Made by a program: the position numbers and the translations under genes. A stretch of 61,026 nt of DNA, filler included, from Antechinus flavipes (taxonomy: Eukaryota), in the NCBI RefSeq assembly GCF_016432865.1. It is 2 parts of 2 records of this genome, joined end to end, with 100 filler letters (N's around TTAATTAATTAA, not from the genome) between each part and the next. Parts side by side here need not be neighbours in the genome. Positions count along the whole stretch, not along the records: positions 1 to 28,962 come from NC_067401.1; 1 more part is not named here. The stretch is one strand, 5' to 3'. The notes beneath the pieces are model-generated. The model was not told the origin of the DNA, did no database searches, and saw nothing but the letters and a program-made list of their open reading frames with translations. Positions within the stretch are counted from its first letter, which is position 1. Each line of letters begins with the position of its first letter. Of the stretch, positions 14,270-27,305 are shown in pieces.

Positions 14270-15000
14270 TCGGTAGGATGAGATACTACCTGGGTCATTA
14301 AGCCTGCTTTAAGACTCAGTTTTCTCAGTTGCAAAATGAGAAAGATGATGTAAGAGGGAAGTTCCTTCTAAGCTCCCAATTCTATGATCATGGACTAAAG
14401 CTAAAAAGGACCTTAGGAATCATCTAATCTAGTCCCTTCATTTTATAGATAAAAACATTGAGGTAAAGAAAATTAAATCATATGGGAATCACAGAATCAT
14501 ATTTAAAAGGGATCCTAAAGGTCATCCAATAACAAGTTGCATTTCTGTCTCCTTTTAAGGTTTGTAAAGTACTTTAGATATAGTAATTCATTTGATCTAC
14601 ATAACAAATCTGGGAAATATTATAATATTCATTTTACAGATAAGGAAGCTGAAGCTAAGAGCAGTAAAGTGAGTTGGTCACATAGCTCACACAGCTAGTA
14701 AGTGTTTAAAGCACGATTTGAATCCAGGTCTCCTGACTGTGGGTCCAGCACACTAACTAAAATAACTGCACCACTTAGCTGACTCATCCTTCACATAGGA
14801 TCATAGATTTACAGCTGGAAGGGAACTTAGAAGCTGAATCTGGCTGCTTTATTTTCACCAATGAGAAAACCAAAATTGAATGATTAAGGAAGTGACCAAG
14901 GTAACATAGGTAGAAAGTCATCAGAGGGAAAATTTGAACCCAGATCTTTTGCCTCCAGAACCAGTGATTGCTCTTCCCATTGTATTAGATAGCTTTTTTC
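14270..15000. mobile_element. Cluster of MIR/MAR1 SINE fragments
   Basis: Repeated MIR core motifs such as cctcagtttcctca-ctgtaaaatg, ttttacagataaggaagctga and gatttgaatccaggtc. Confidence 0.7.
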
Positions 15001-15769
15001 CATTACTTGAGTGACTGCAAACTATCTTATCATTTACTCCAGGTTCAGAGATCCAATTAACCTATACTCACCACAACCCTTCCCTGCCCCCCAACATTGC
15101 CCCCATCTTCCTCCATAACCAGCGGGATAACACTGACCCCTAGTGCCAAGATTCCAGAATACAGTCCTCCAGCTTTGTGTCTTATAGATAATGAGAGTAA
15201 GTAATGGTCCAATGCTAACTCCTTTCCCCTTGCAGTAAATTCCTCTCCTTAGAACCTCGTTAATTAATATTCATCCCAAAGAGTGGGCTGAATGTTAAAA
15301 GTCTGGTTCTAGGAAACACATCTGTGGTTGGCTACTATGAGTATTCCAACCCTACTTTAATTTCCTCGAGAATCGAAAACATTCGGGTTGCTTCTAAGGA
15401 AGAATGTCTGAACAGCATTAGTGGATAATGACACAGGTGAGAAAGAGTAAATGATTCATTAGGGGTCTCTAAAGGTCATCGGGTTAACTTGGAAACTGCA
15501 GGTTAGAGGTTTCTGAGAAATTTATCTTGGAGACAGAAGGATGGTTTCATTGATTCCCAGCTCTGGGATTTCTTTTAAGATGAGGACACTATCATCTTCT
15601 GCTATCAGCACTTCTTCCATTCTCTATTGGAGCTATATTTCCTGCTTTTTCCTTCATTTATCAAGACATGTTGACACGACTCCCACACACCATGTTCGAA
15701 GAGGTGACAGGTAAATGCAGATTCCAGCAGCCTTCTAACATTTCTAAAAAATATTCATTCACGGATGCC

Positions 15770-16545
15770 TTAGAAATCTTCCTGATGTAGTTTTCTGACC
15801 ATGTCACATCTGTTTGAAAACCTTCGATAGCTCCCTATTGTCAATGAAACAAAGCACAAGTTTCTGATTCTGGCATTCAAAGCTCTCCAAAATCCAACTC
15901 AAGCCTACTCTTCAGCATTACATACTATTAATAATAATGATTAAAAATAATGATGATGATGATGATGATAATTATTATAATACATCTTGATAAAAACAAT
16001 TTAAGGAAAAATACTTAGTTCAAGCCAGAAAGTTTCTACACTATGTCCCATTCTCCATTCTCCTTCTACTTTCCCCCATCTCCATATCTTTTTTTTTATT
16101 TTCATGCTCATCCTATCTCCCTATTCCTGGGATGGATTCTACCCACCCACCTAAACTTCTAGTTTGTTGAATTTTTTTCCCTTCAAGGCCTAACTGATCT
16201 TCCATCTCTTTCACAAAGCTGTCCATGAACACTCTATCCCTCCACCGACTGTATAATCTCTCCCTTATTAGAGATTTCTCTTCTAATATTGAGACTGATT
16301 TTGAATTGATTTCAATTTAGATTGATATTGAAATAACTTCTAGTATTGGTATGAATTGTACTCTTTATACTTATTCCTGTCTCCATTATATCATAACTAT
16401 TTGCTTACATAGAATTTCACTCCATTAGTTCATAAGCTCCTTGGAAGAAAAATGAGTTTTATATCTTTGTTTTTGGATCCTCTCCCCCATCTAGCCAGAT
16501 ACCTTGTGCATAATAGGCATTTAATAAATATTTGTTGAAGTAAAA
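15770..16545 (+). mobile_element. L2 LINE 3' fragment with internal (ATA/GAT)n repeat
   Basis: L2 motifs ctggcattcaaagctctcc and aagctccttg, ending in the atttaataaatatttgttg tail. Confidence 0.6.
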
Positions 16546-19157
16546 TTCCACAAATATATTCATCCAGCATTTCTTGCAGTACTCTTTATGAAGCACAGCG
16601 AAGGATAAAAAGATAAATAAGACAAGGTCCCTGCCTTTAAGGAGCCTGTAATATAAAAGAAGAGATAAAGCATACATAAAAAAATAATAACAGAGAAATG
16701 ATAGATGAAGTGCTAGAAGAGTTTAGGAAAGGAAAAAACTAGCATGTTTGTCTATGGAGCTTTACAGTTTGCAAAACATTTTACATATCTTATCTCATTT
16801 GATCTTCCCAACAACCCTGGGAGATGTGTTATTATTTTTTCAGTTTCCAGGTGTAGAAACTGAGGCTGAGAACCATGAAGTGATAATCATATACTTCTGA
16901 CACAAGATACCTAAGATCTACTAAGGAGGAAGGCAGACCACTTTTTCTCACTATCCTGACAATGAAATCAAAAGAGCCCTAAACTCAACTGAAATGACTT
17001 AAATAACATAAAAAGAGATGTAATCATTCTTGTGCTAGTTACTTTCAAGGGTTATTGTAAGGAAAGTGCTTTAAAAAGAAAATCTTTAAAGCAATATGTC
17101 AACGATGAATTTTTATCTTAATACCTGAATTCTTTTAAGTATAACCACAGGAAAAGAGTTTTAGTCTGTATGACTCTAGACAAGTCACTTGCTACGAGTC
17201 CCCATTTTTCCATTGGAAGGGAGAAGTTGGCTGGAAGGTTGGATAGGATGGCTTCTGAGTTTCCTTCCAATTCTAATTATATAATCTTATGAATATAGTA
17301 AACTAACATGGAAGCTCAGAGGTGATTTGGAATCAAGGAACAGTCAGAGTTTGCTGGGATTAATCAAGGATATCTTTCTGGAGAAGACTAAAAAAATGCT
17401 TGACAGTCATTCCTTGGGAAAGAGTTGTTTTCCTCCTAATTTCCAGTGAAATTAGAGATGTAAATTCTGGTCCTAAGGGTGAGAGAAAATTCAAATACCC
17501 AAAGGAGTCCATACTGGAGAGCTGAGAGCCAGGGCCAGGATGCAATTTGTCCATTGTTTTAAATAACAATCTAAGGTTGTGTGAGGGCACTGAGCTGTTT
17601 TGCTAACATAATACCATCTTGTGATTCTGTTAAATGCAAATCCGGAACATTGGTGAGACTTCCACCACAGCCAAAAAGGTGTAATCATTCTTCAACAAAA
17701 GCTTTAATGTGACCCTGGTGATTTCCTGACGTGTTAATACAGTTAGCCATCAAGAGCCAGCAGATCAAATTAGCACTCAGCTTTCCTTTTGTTATTGCAG
17801 ACTCCAACTCAGCTCCAGTGGAGTTCTGGAGGAGGAATTGCCTGCATCCCCGATGGTGAGGGTGGAGAGGAGGAAGGGAAGGAGGGAGGACTATCTCCCA
17901 CTGGGATCCTTACCCCAGTGGGCCACTCCAGAATTCCCTGTTCATCCTTCTCCTACCCTCTGCGGATATATAGAGAGATGAAAGGACTTACCAAGCTCTC
18001 AAAGATCTAGTCGCTGTATTAGGCACCCAATCAGCAGCTTTCAATGATAGGAAGTCCTTCTTTATGACTAACTTGATCCCCTCTTCCTGTAGCTGTACCC
18101 CACACCACAGAAATATTGATTCATCATCATTCACTTAACCAACACTCATGTAGTGGTGGGGGAAAGAAGGGAGAATCTTATAGTCTTGTTGGGAATAGAA
18201 AAATGACTGAAATATTCCCTGCACTCAGGAAGCTCATTCCGGTGGTTGTTATTGTTGTTGTTAAACTTTAAAAAAAAAGATCCAGTCCTAAAACAAATAC
18301 TCAGCATTGACATACTGCTTTAAAGATTTTTGTTTGAAAGCATTTTCTTTACAAAAACCCCTGTAAAATAGATAGCATAAAAGTTATTACACCTTTTTAT
18401 TGTTATTTAGTCATTTCAGTCATATCCTACTCTTCATGATTCCTTTTGAAGTGTTCTTGGCTAATGGAGTGATTTGCCTTTTCTTTCTCCAGTTCATTTT
18501 ATAGATCAGGAAACTGAAGCAAATAGGGTCACATAGTTATTAAGTATCTGAGGGTAGATTTGAATTCAAATCTTGCTGACATTCTGCCCAATGCTCTATC
18601 GACTGCGATATTGCCAAGACATCTTGACTTTTGTCTTGCCAGAGAATTTTAATGGCTGTGGAAAAGAGAATGAGGGTGATGGTTTTGTATAACTCTGCCT
18701 CACAGATAATTCACACAGGAATTGAGACATCAATCCATGATGTCATTGGTCCTCTTTGAAAAGGAAAGCTGAATAATAATAATTGCTGCCCTCAACTTGT
18801 TTACAGATTAGGAAATAAACTCATGGAAGAGAAAGTACATATCTAGGATCCCATAGCCTGGATTTTACAGAGATAGGATTCAAGTATAGATCTCTAGACT
18901 CCAGGTTCAGCATTCTACTAAACCACAGGTCAGAGAACCCAAATTCAGGTCCTGGCTCTAATATTAACTGAAGTTGTCATTTCACTTCTCTAAGGCTCCA
19001 TTTCCTCATCTATAAAAAGGAGATGATAATATTCCCATTGCTTACCTCTCTGGGCTTATTTCCTCACCTGTAAAATTCAAAAATTGGACCAAGTAATCGC
19101 TAAAGAAGATCTCTTCAACTTTACACATTTGACAAGTTCTTGATGTCATAGGAATAG

Positions 19158-19555
19158 TTTCTTTTTTTTCAAGGTATTTATTTATTTAAAACTTAAATGC
19201 AAAATAAGAAAAAAGAAGATAGAAAAAACAAAAAAAAATTGTCATGTGCCCAGAAGAGCATCAGGGAGAATTCAAAATATGTAAGAGTAAATTTCCATTT
19301 CAAGAAAGCATATATAATACTAAAAGACATTGTATTCATAACTGTTCATCTTTTCTTTGCTTCCTCATGGGTTTTCTTTTGTTTTCTGCTGTGCATTTTT
19401 TAATCTTATTCTTTTTTTCTCTTTTCCTTCTCTTCACTTTCCCCAAGCAGGCTACAGTTAAGCATGGATATATTTATATATACATACATACACATACATG
19501 TCTATGTACATAATACAAATCTATATATGCACATACATACACAGACATCTAAAAC
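19158..19555 (-). mobile_element. 3' end of the HAL1-type family that is also present at 46.5-49 kb
   Basis: Poly(T) followed by attgtcatgtgcccagaagagcat, the reverse complement of atgctctgctgggcacatgacaat at ~48857-48880. Confidence 0.7.
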
Positions 19556-19739
19556 AATATTAGTATGACAGGCATATAATGTAGATTTCTCTCTTGATTG
19601 AATTTTTTTAAGTTTGACTTTGTCTGAGAATAATAAGTACTATTCCTACTTTTTTTCCTTATAAATTCTACTCCTGATCATTGTTATTATATTTGTGTAT
19701 AACTCTTATAGGAATATTATTTCTTTAAAAATCATTTTA

Positions 19740-20190
19740 ATCAAGCAATAGCATTAATTGTGTGCTTTCTATGTGCCTCACTATATAAATTCAAAAAGAG
19801 GCAAAGGATAATTCCCTGTCCTCAATGAACTTACAATCTAATGGGGGAGAAATATGCAAACAAATATAGACATGGTAAGCTATATATCAGAAAAACAGAA
19901 AATAATTAATAGAGGGAAGGCACTAAAATTAAGAGGGATTGAGTAAGGCTTTCCATCAAAGATGGGATTTTATCTGAGACTTATAGGAAGCCAGGAAGGT
20001 CAATAATCAGAGTAGAGTAGCAACAGAATTCTAGGCATGGGGGAAAGCCAGAGAAAATGGCCCAAACTGAGAGATTGTGTGCCTTGTCTATGGAACAGCC
20101 AGGTAGACAGTGTGACTGTATCAAAGAATATGTGTCAGAAAGAAAATATAAAATGAATGGAAAGAACTGACGGACTAGGTTATAAAATTG
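19740..20190 (-). mobile_element. L2 LINE 3' fragment
   Basis: ccctgtcctcaatgaacttacaatctaatggggg and downstream L2 minus-strand consensus. Confidence 0.65.
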
Positions 20191-20621
20191 TAAAGCATTA
20201 GAGAAATAGAAGTTGTTAGAATCCTATCACAGTTTTGTGAGAGAATGACCTTTCCTTGGTAGGAATTATTTCTGCAATTTTTATTAGAATCACAGGTTTT
20301 AGAGTTAGAAGGACTCTTAGAAATTGAGTCCAACCTTCATGTTGTAGAGAAACTTATCCCTAGAGCAATTAAATTAATAAATAGTGAATGTAGGACAGGA
20401 ATCCAGAACTTCTGATTTGACATTCGAAGCTCTTTTCTTATACCACCTTTTTCTATACTACTCTGGAGGCAACAGTCAGAATGACTAGGGAAACAAAAGC
20501 TGAACCCTAAACAGCATCAAGGTGGTAGGGATGGTTGGGGAAGAAAGGGAAGGGAAAAATAAATAGAATGCCCATCAGAGGAAGGGAGAAAACTCAGGCA
20601 GAAAAAGAATCAATCAATAAA

Positions 20622-20760
20622 GGGGCAGCTAGGTGGCTCAGTGCATAGAGCACCAGCTCTGAAGTCAGGAGGACCCGAGTTCAAATCTGACCTAGACACT
20701 TAACACTTCCTACCTGTGTGACCTTGGGCAAGTCACTTAACCCAACTGTATCAGAGGGAA
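20622..20760 (+). mobile_element. WSINE1 SINE
   Basis: ggggcagctaggtggctcagtg...gagttcaaatc...ctgtgtgaccttgggcaagtcacttaaccc, flanked by the imperfect duplication aaaaagaat..caatcaataa. Confidence 0.85.
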
Positions 20761-20963
20761 AAAAAGAATATGCCAATCAATAAGTATTTATTAAGTGCCT
20801 TCTATACATAGGGCACTATGCTAAGTGTTGGGGATTCTAAGACAAAGGACAGGCCCTTACAATTTAATGAGGAAGACAGATTGCAAATAGAGACAAAAGA
20901 AACTAAAAGTAAGATAAGTAGGAACCAATTAACAGAAGGAAGGCTGGAAGAAAGTGGGATTTT

Positions 20964-21569
20964 GCAATTTGGAAGTATGCCCAAAGGGCATTAAAACAGT
21001 GTATACCCTTTGAACAAGCAGCCTCACTACTGGGTCTGTATCCCAAAGAGATCATAAAGAGAAGAAAGGACTCATGGTGCAAAAATGTCTGTAGCAGCCC
21101 TTTTTGTGGTAGTAAGGAGCTGGAAATTAAATGGATGCCTCTCAGTTGGGTAGTGGCTAAATAAGTTATGGTATATGAATGTAATGGAATATAATTGTTC
21201 TGCAGGCTGATTTCTGAAAAGCCTTAAAAGACTTATATGAACTGACATTGAGTGAAGTGAGTAGAACCAAGAGAACATGGAACATAATAACAACAAGACT
21301 GTGAAGATCAACTGTGATGGACTTGGCTCTTCTCAGCAATGCAGTGATTCAAGGCTTTTACAATAGACTTAGAATGGAAAATGCCATCCACATCCACAGA
21401 GAACTATGGAGAATGAATGTGGATTGAAGGATAGTATTTTCACTTTTTTGTTTGTTTCTTTATTTCTCCTGGGTTTTTCCCTTTTGGTTTGAGTTTTCTT
21501 ATATAGCACGACAAACACGGAAAGATGTTTAAAAGAACTGCACATGTTTAACCTTAAAAAAAAAAAAAA
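20964..21569 (+). mobile_element. L1 3' end (ORF2 C-terminus plus 3'UTR) inserted in an L2
   Basis: 13-bp TSD aaagtgggatttt at 20951-20963 and 21570-21582, poly(A) tail. L2 sequence continues on both sides. Confidence 0.9.
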
Positions 21570-22329
21570 AAAGTGGGATTTTAGCTGGGTTTTAAAGGAA
21601 GCCAGGAAGATCAATAGTTGGAACAGAAGAGAAAGAACATTCCAAGAATAGGAGGCAGGCAGAGAAAATACTCGTGTGGCTTCCTGTTTCCAGTCTCTCA
21701 CCTTTTTAGAATCATAGAAAGAAAGACAGAATTTCTGAATTGGAAGGGAATTTAATGAACAACTTAATCCAACTTTGACCTGAAAAGGAATCCCCACTAC
21801 TATATCCCCAACAACTAGACAGCTTAATTTTGCCTAAAGACATCTAAAATTGGGGAAATCTATTAACCAATAAGTATTTTATTAAGTGCCTATGATGTAT
21901 CACATACTCCACTGGGCTTTCAGAATTCAACAACAAAAATAAAATAAAACCTGCCCTCAAAGAAGCTTACTTTCTTTGGAGCAAATAGTGTGTGTGTGTG
22001 TGTGTATGTGTGTGTATGTATGTGTAGGGATAGCTAGGTGGTACTGAACCTGGAGTCAGAAAATCTTGAATTCAAATGTAGTTTGAGATGCTTACTAACT
22101 GTGTAACCCTGAACAAATCATCTTTCATCTTTCGTTGCTTCAGTTGCTTTATCCTTAATTTGGGAATAATTAATAAACATCTATCTTCCAGAGTTGTTGT
22201 GAGGATCAAATGAGATCATAAATAAAATGCATTCATAACAGTACCTGGCACATAGTATTGCTACATAAATACATAGTATTATTCATATTTTTCAGTTTTT
22301 ACAAACTTAAAAAAAATGATATAGTTTAG

Positions 22330-23045
22330 GGAGTGAGGGCACTAAGCAGGTAAAAAAATCAAGAAAAGTTTCATAGAAAAGTAGGTTTTTCACCTGAATC
22401 TTGAAAGAATTAATTTATTCTACTAGGTGGAGGAGGAAAGAGTATATTTTAGGCATGGAAACAGCTGATATAAAAGCATGGCAATTAGAGATAGAGGAGG
22501 AACAGAAAGAAGACCAGTTTGACTGGCCTGTTGAATGCCAAACAGATAGAAATATGTAAAGGGACTGGAAAGGTGAGGAGAGACCAAATTGTAAAAGGAC
22601 TTTAAATGCCAAACAGGGAAGTTTATATTTCATCCTAGACACAATAAAAGGCTATCAGAGTTCAATGAGAATATGAGTGACAGTCAGAATTTCACTTAAG
22701 GAAAATCACTTCAACAACCATATGAGGATGAATTGGAGTAAGGAGAGATTAGAGTCAGGGAAACTGATGAGGTTATTGTAATCATCCAGACAAGAGGTGA
22801 TGAAAGCTTGAACTAAGAGAACAGCTTTGTGAGTATAGAAAAGGGAAGGAATGTGAGAGGTGTCATGGAAATGAAAGCAGGTGATTGAATATGCAGAGTG
22901 AGGAAGCAGGAATAACAGCAAAAGTGTGGACTTGGGACCCTGCAGGATGGTGGTTCCCTTCTCACAAAGAGAGATTGAAAGAGTTTCAGATTTAAAAGGA
23001 AAAATCATAAATTCTATTATACACATTTTTGAGGCAGCCATTCCA
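22330..23045 (-). mobile_element. L2 LINE ORF2 C-terminal remnant
   Basis: Minus-strand ORF 22706-23041 (MAASKMCIIEFMIFPFK...GTTILQ) resembles the L2 ORF2 region LKLNMSKTELIIFPPKP...GTTILP. Confidence 0.7.
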
Positions 23046-23049
23046 TTGG

Positions 23050-23780
23050 AAACAGCTCTAATTGTTGGGAAGTTTTTCCTTGCATTGACTTTTTGGAAAA
23101 AAGTGCTTCTATTTTTCTTTATTTCACCTATTGTTCTACATTCTGTCCACCCAACCTTCTGGGACTAAGCAGAATATTTCTAAACTTTCTTCAATATAAT
23201 AGCTATTTGCTTATTTGAAGACATATATACCTTGAAATCCTCTCCAAGCTAAATCTTCCCAAATTCTCAAAGCAATTCTCTTATGGCAAAGACTCTAGAC
23301 CCTTCCTTCTTCTGGTGTCCTTTCCCTAAACTTCTTTAATTTTTCAGTGTCCTCTGTAAGTCATGTTGCTCAGAAGTGCATGCAGCATTCCATATGGCAT
23401 CTCACCAGGACAGATTATAGTAATGGTGTCATCTCTTTTATCTTGGACATTGGTTCTCAATACAGCCCCAAATCATAGGAACTTTAGGGTCTAATTTCTT
23501 AAACTGTGACTTGCAATCCCATATGGGGTCTTGTAATTGAATATGGGAGTCGCAAAATTATGATTTATTATTACTAAATGTTTCTTTTGTATACCTAATT
23601 TAGATACCTATATACCTAGGGTCACATAAAAATTTCTCAGGTAAAAATGAGTCATGAGTGGAAAAAGTTTAAGAAGCCCTGCTTTGAATTTGCAATCTAC
23701 TAAAATCTCCAAATATTCTTCAAAGAAACAGTACCTACCCATTCCTTCCCCATCCCTTATCCTGTGAAACTGATGTTACA
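23050..23780 (-). mobile_element. CR1/L3 LINE fragment interrupted by a hAT MITE
   Basis: gaaacagctctaattgttgggaagtttttcc and gtgtcc...ctcagaa...tccatatggcatctcaccagg are CR1 3' motifs. Confidence 0.6.
23485..23681. mobile_element. hAT-Charlie-type MITE (~195 bp)
   Basis: Terminal inverted repeat (TIR) gtttaagaagccctg at the 3' end and degraded ttcttaaac at the 5' end. Confidence 0.7.
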
Positions 23781-25872
23781 TATATGAAAAAGGGGAAGCA
23801 TCCAGTGTGCATATTCAACATGCCAGCCCACATGGAAGAGTGTGGGAAGCCTGCTTCCAGAAAAGCACAATTATGTGTAATGGAAAGGCCCTCCTCATCA
23901 ATTCAGAGCATGCAATAGGTTTTCTGATTATTTCCAGTCCACTTACTTCAGGGAAGGAGAGGGAAAGAGAGAGGGAACAAGCATTTATTAATCCCCTATT
24001 ATGTGCCAGCCATTATCATTATCTCATTTGTTCTTCATGAACAAATGAAGATCATTTGATCTTCATAACAACCTTGGGAGGCAGGTGTTATTATCTACAT
24101 CTTACAGTTAAGGAAACTGTGGCAGGCAGAGGTTAGATGATTTGCCCAAAGTTACACAGCCAGTAAGTGTTTAAGGCAATATTTGAACTCAGATTTTTCT
24201 GACCCCAGGTCACATAGCTTTTGACATCATCAAGAGCTAAGAGACAAACAAAAACTCCAACTTCCCCACTTTTTTCCCTGGGTACTACCAAGAGAAGTAA
24301 TACTGTAAAGAAATAATAGTCTAGGTTGTGACTTTGGGAGCTTCTGAAGGTTAGGAAAGTACATCACGAGAAATCCAGAAATCGAGATCATGACAGATTT
24401 TGTGGACAACCAAGTCCATGGAGAAGCAGAATCACAACTCATCCATCAGTAAAATTACATTTCTTTGAAAGTGAACTTGATGGGATAAATGCTTTGTAGC
24501 TACTGCTTTAAGATTGAGTCCATACTCCCCAGGAACTGAAGTATCATAGGAGACAGAGTATACTCAAGCATTGGAGGGAAATATTTTGTAACTCCTATTG
24601 GTGGTATATCTTCTCAGTAAATACTCTGTATAAATTAATAGGGGCAGTTGGTGGGTTGATGGATAGAGCATTAGAATTGAATCTGAATTCACATCCAGTC
24701 TCAGACACTTACTAGATGGGCAATTTACTTAATTGCTGCCTATTTGTTTCCTCAACTGTAAAATGAGGATAGTAAAAGCATTTACCTCCTAGGATCATTT
24801 TGAAGATCAAATAAAACAGTTGTGAAGTGCTTAGGACAGGACTCAGCACATAGTACAGGCTTAATAAATGCTTGGTAATTGGCCAATTGATTGACTTCGA
24901 AAGATCTGTGGTCTTAACCCTTCAGGAATTCCCCCCAATAATGCAAAGGCAGACCCCTCCACGGCTGTTGATTCTGTGAGCTTCTTGGCCATGGCCTCCC
25001 AAAAAGTTCACCATAGATGGACTACCCAACATCCTGAAGGCTTTCTCCTAATATTGTGGGGCACTCTGGCTGTTACTTGTTATCCATGATATTTGTCATG
25101 GGAACTAGTCCATCTTCTCTTCTTATCATACAGTTCCTTATTAATGCTATTTACCCCTTGTCTTTTGGAGTTTCTCACTGGTTATATCTTGTAGCCTGCT
25201 TATATTTCCCATAGACCACAAGTAAATATTTGTCAGGAGCTTAGTAACTACCTAGAACATATGAAGTGCTTAATAAAAGTTTCTTCCCTTCTCTTCGTCC
25301 TTCAACCCCTGAAGGATATTCATTTTGATTCTGTGAAAGTAGTTGTGTTCTATGTTTTGCTGCTATATAGAAAATAAGTACAATATTAGTATTTTTAAAT
25401 AGATCTTTTTCATGGAAAGTGTGGGGTCAATAAAGGAACTTTGCTGTTTCCAGAAGGCAACCCAGCCTTCTCTACTGTTCAAGTCTGAGTCCAACTTGTT
25501 TTCTATCTGAACTGTCTGACCTAGGGACACATATCCCTATTCTATAGATTGTGGGTCCAAATACATATTGAAGGGCAACATTCTTCATCGCTTTGATCTA
25601 TCTTGTGTTGATGAACTGACAAAATTTCTATGAATGATGACAGATCTCTCCCAGAAGGCTCTGCAGTGTGCTGGAATACAATGAAATCTATAAGATGCCA
25701 TCCACAAACAAAAACATCTGTAGGTCAGTCACCTAGACCCTCAGCTAGATTTCCTCCATCATAGTGACATATACCATTGATGAATATACATCTACCTGTT
25801 TTATGTTGCATCTGTTTTATATTTCTTATCAGATGGTCATTAAACAGGGTTATTTCTAGTGTGATATTTTCT

Positions 25873-26503
25873 TTTATTTTATTAAAGCTTTTTATTTTCA
25901 AAACAAATGCATGGATAATTTGTCAACATTAACCCTTGTAAAACCTGGTGTTTTAATTTCTCCCCTTTTCCCACCCCCTCTCCTAGATTACAAATAGTCC
26001 AATATATGTTAAACATGGTAGAAATATATGTTAAATCCAATATATGCATACATATTTATACAATTATCTTGCTGCACAAGAAAAATCAAATCAAACTGGA
26101 AAAATGAGAAAGAAAATAAAATGCAAACAAACAACAACAAAAAGAATGAGAATGCTATGTTGTGAACCACACTCAGTTCCCACAGTCCTCTCTCTGGGTG
26201 TAGATGGCTCTCTTCATCACTGAACAATTGGAACTGGTCTGAATCATCTCATTGTTGAAGAGAGCTACATCCATCAGAACTGATCATCGTATAGTCTTGT
26301 TGTTGCCATGTATAAAGATCTCCTGATTCTGCTTATTTCACTTAGCATTAGTTCATGTGAGTCTCTCCAGGCCTCTCAGAAATCATCCTGCTGATCTTGA
26401 TTTCTGAACAATAATATTCCATAGTATTAATATACCATAACTTATTCAGCCATTCTCCAACTCCACTCAGTTTCCAGTTTCTTTTCACTACAAAAAGGGC
26501 TGC
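25873..26503 (-). mobile_element. L1 3' end inserted in the RTE
   Basis: 16-bp TSD with 2 mismatches: tagtgtgatattttct (25857-25872) and tagtattatattttct (26504-26519). Marsupial L1 3'UTR sequence. Confidence 0.85.
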
Positions 26504-26692
26504 TAGTATTATATTTTCTAAGGAATTATGAATGATTTTGATATATCAGTGATGTATGGATGGGAGATACCTCATGTGGTGTTCTATTGAATCAAATACC
26601 TTTCCAACAATAAGCAAACAATATGTATAGTGGGATCACATATTCTCTACATCTTTCTGTTAATTGCTAAATATGGTCTGTTATGGAATATT

Positions 26693-27305
26693 TGTCAATC
26701 AATAAACATTTATTAAGTACTTACTATATGCCAGGCACTATGATAAGCACTGGGGATACAAAAGGAAGCAAAAAACAGTTCCTAGCTTCAAGGCACTCAT
26801 AGTCTAATGGGAGAGACAACAAGCAAATAAATATGTACAAACAAGCTATATACAGAATTTTAAAAAGAAATAATTAAAAGAAGGAAAGCACTAAAATTAA
26901 GAGAGATTGGAAAAAGGCTTCCCATACAAGGCAGGATTTCAGCTGGGATTTAACAAAAGCCGGGGAGATCAGTAAGATGAGAAAGGAGAGCACTCTCCTA
27001 GAGAAATGCCTGAGAGAGATGGAGGGTCTTGTTCACAGAACACCAGAAAGCCACTGGATCAAAAAGTATATGGTGGACAATAAGGCATAAGACTAAGAAC
27101 ATTGGAAGGGGTTAGGTTGTGAAGGGCTATGAATAACAAAACAGGATTTTTCTATCTGATTCCTGAGGTGATAGGGAGCTACTGGAGTTCACTAAATAGG
27201 GGATTGACATAGATCTCCACTTCAGGAAAATCATTCTGATGGCTCAATAAAGAATGGACTGGAATGAGGAAAAGTCTTGAGCAGGTCCACCAGCAGAATA
27301 TTGAT
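26693..27305 (-). mobile_element. L2 3' fragment inserted in the RTE
   Basis: gtcaatcaataaacatttattaagtacttactatatgccaggcact is the reverse of the L2 tail. RTE sequence resumes at ~27310. Confidence 0.7.

Noticed and set aside
20622-20760. tRNA-like A/B boxes (also at 41986, 47750 and 60111)
   Set aside because: These are tRNA-derived SINE heads with CORE domains and A tails, not tRNA genes.
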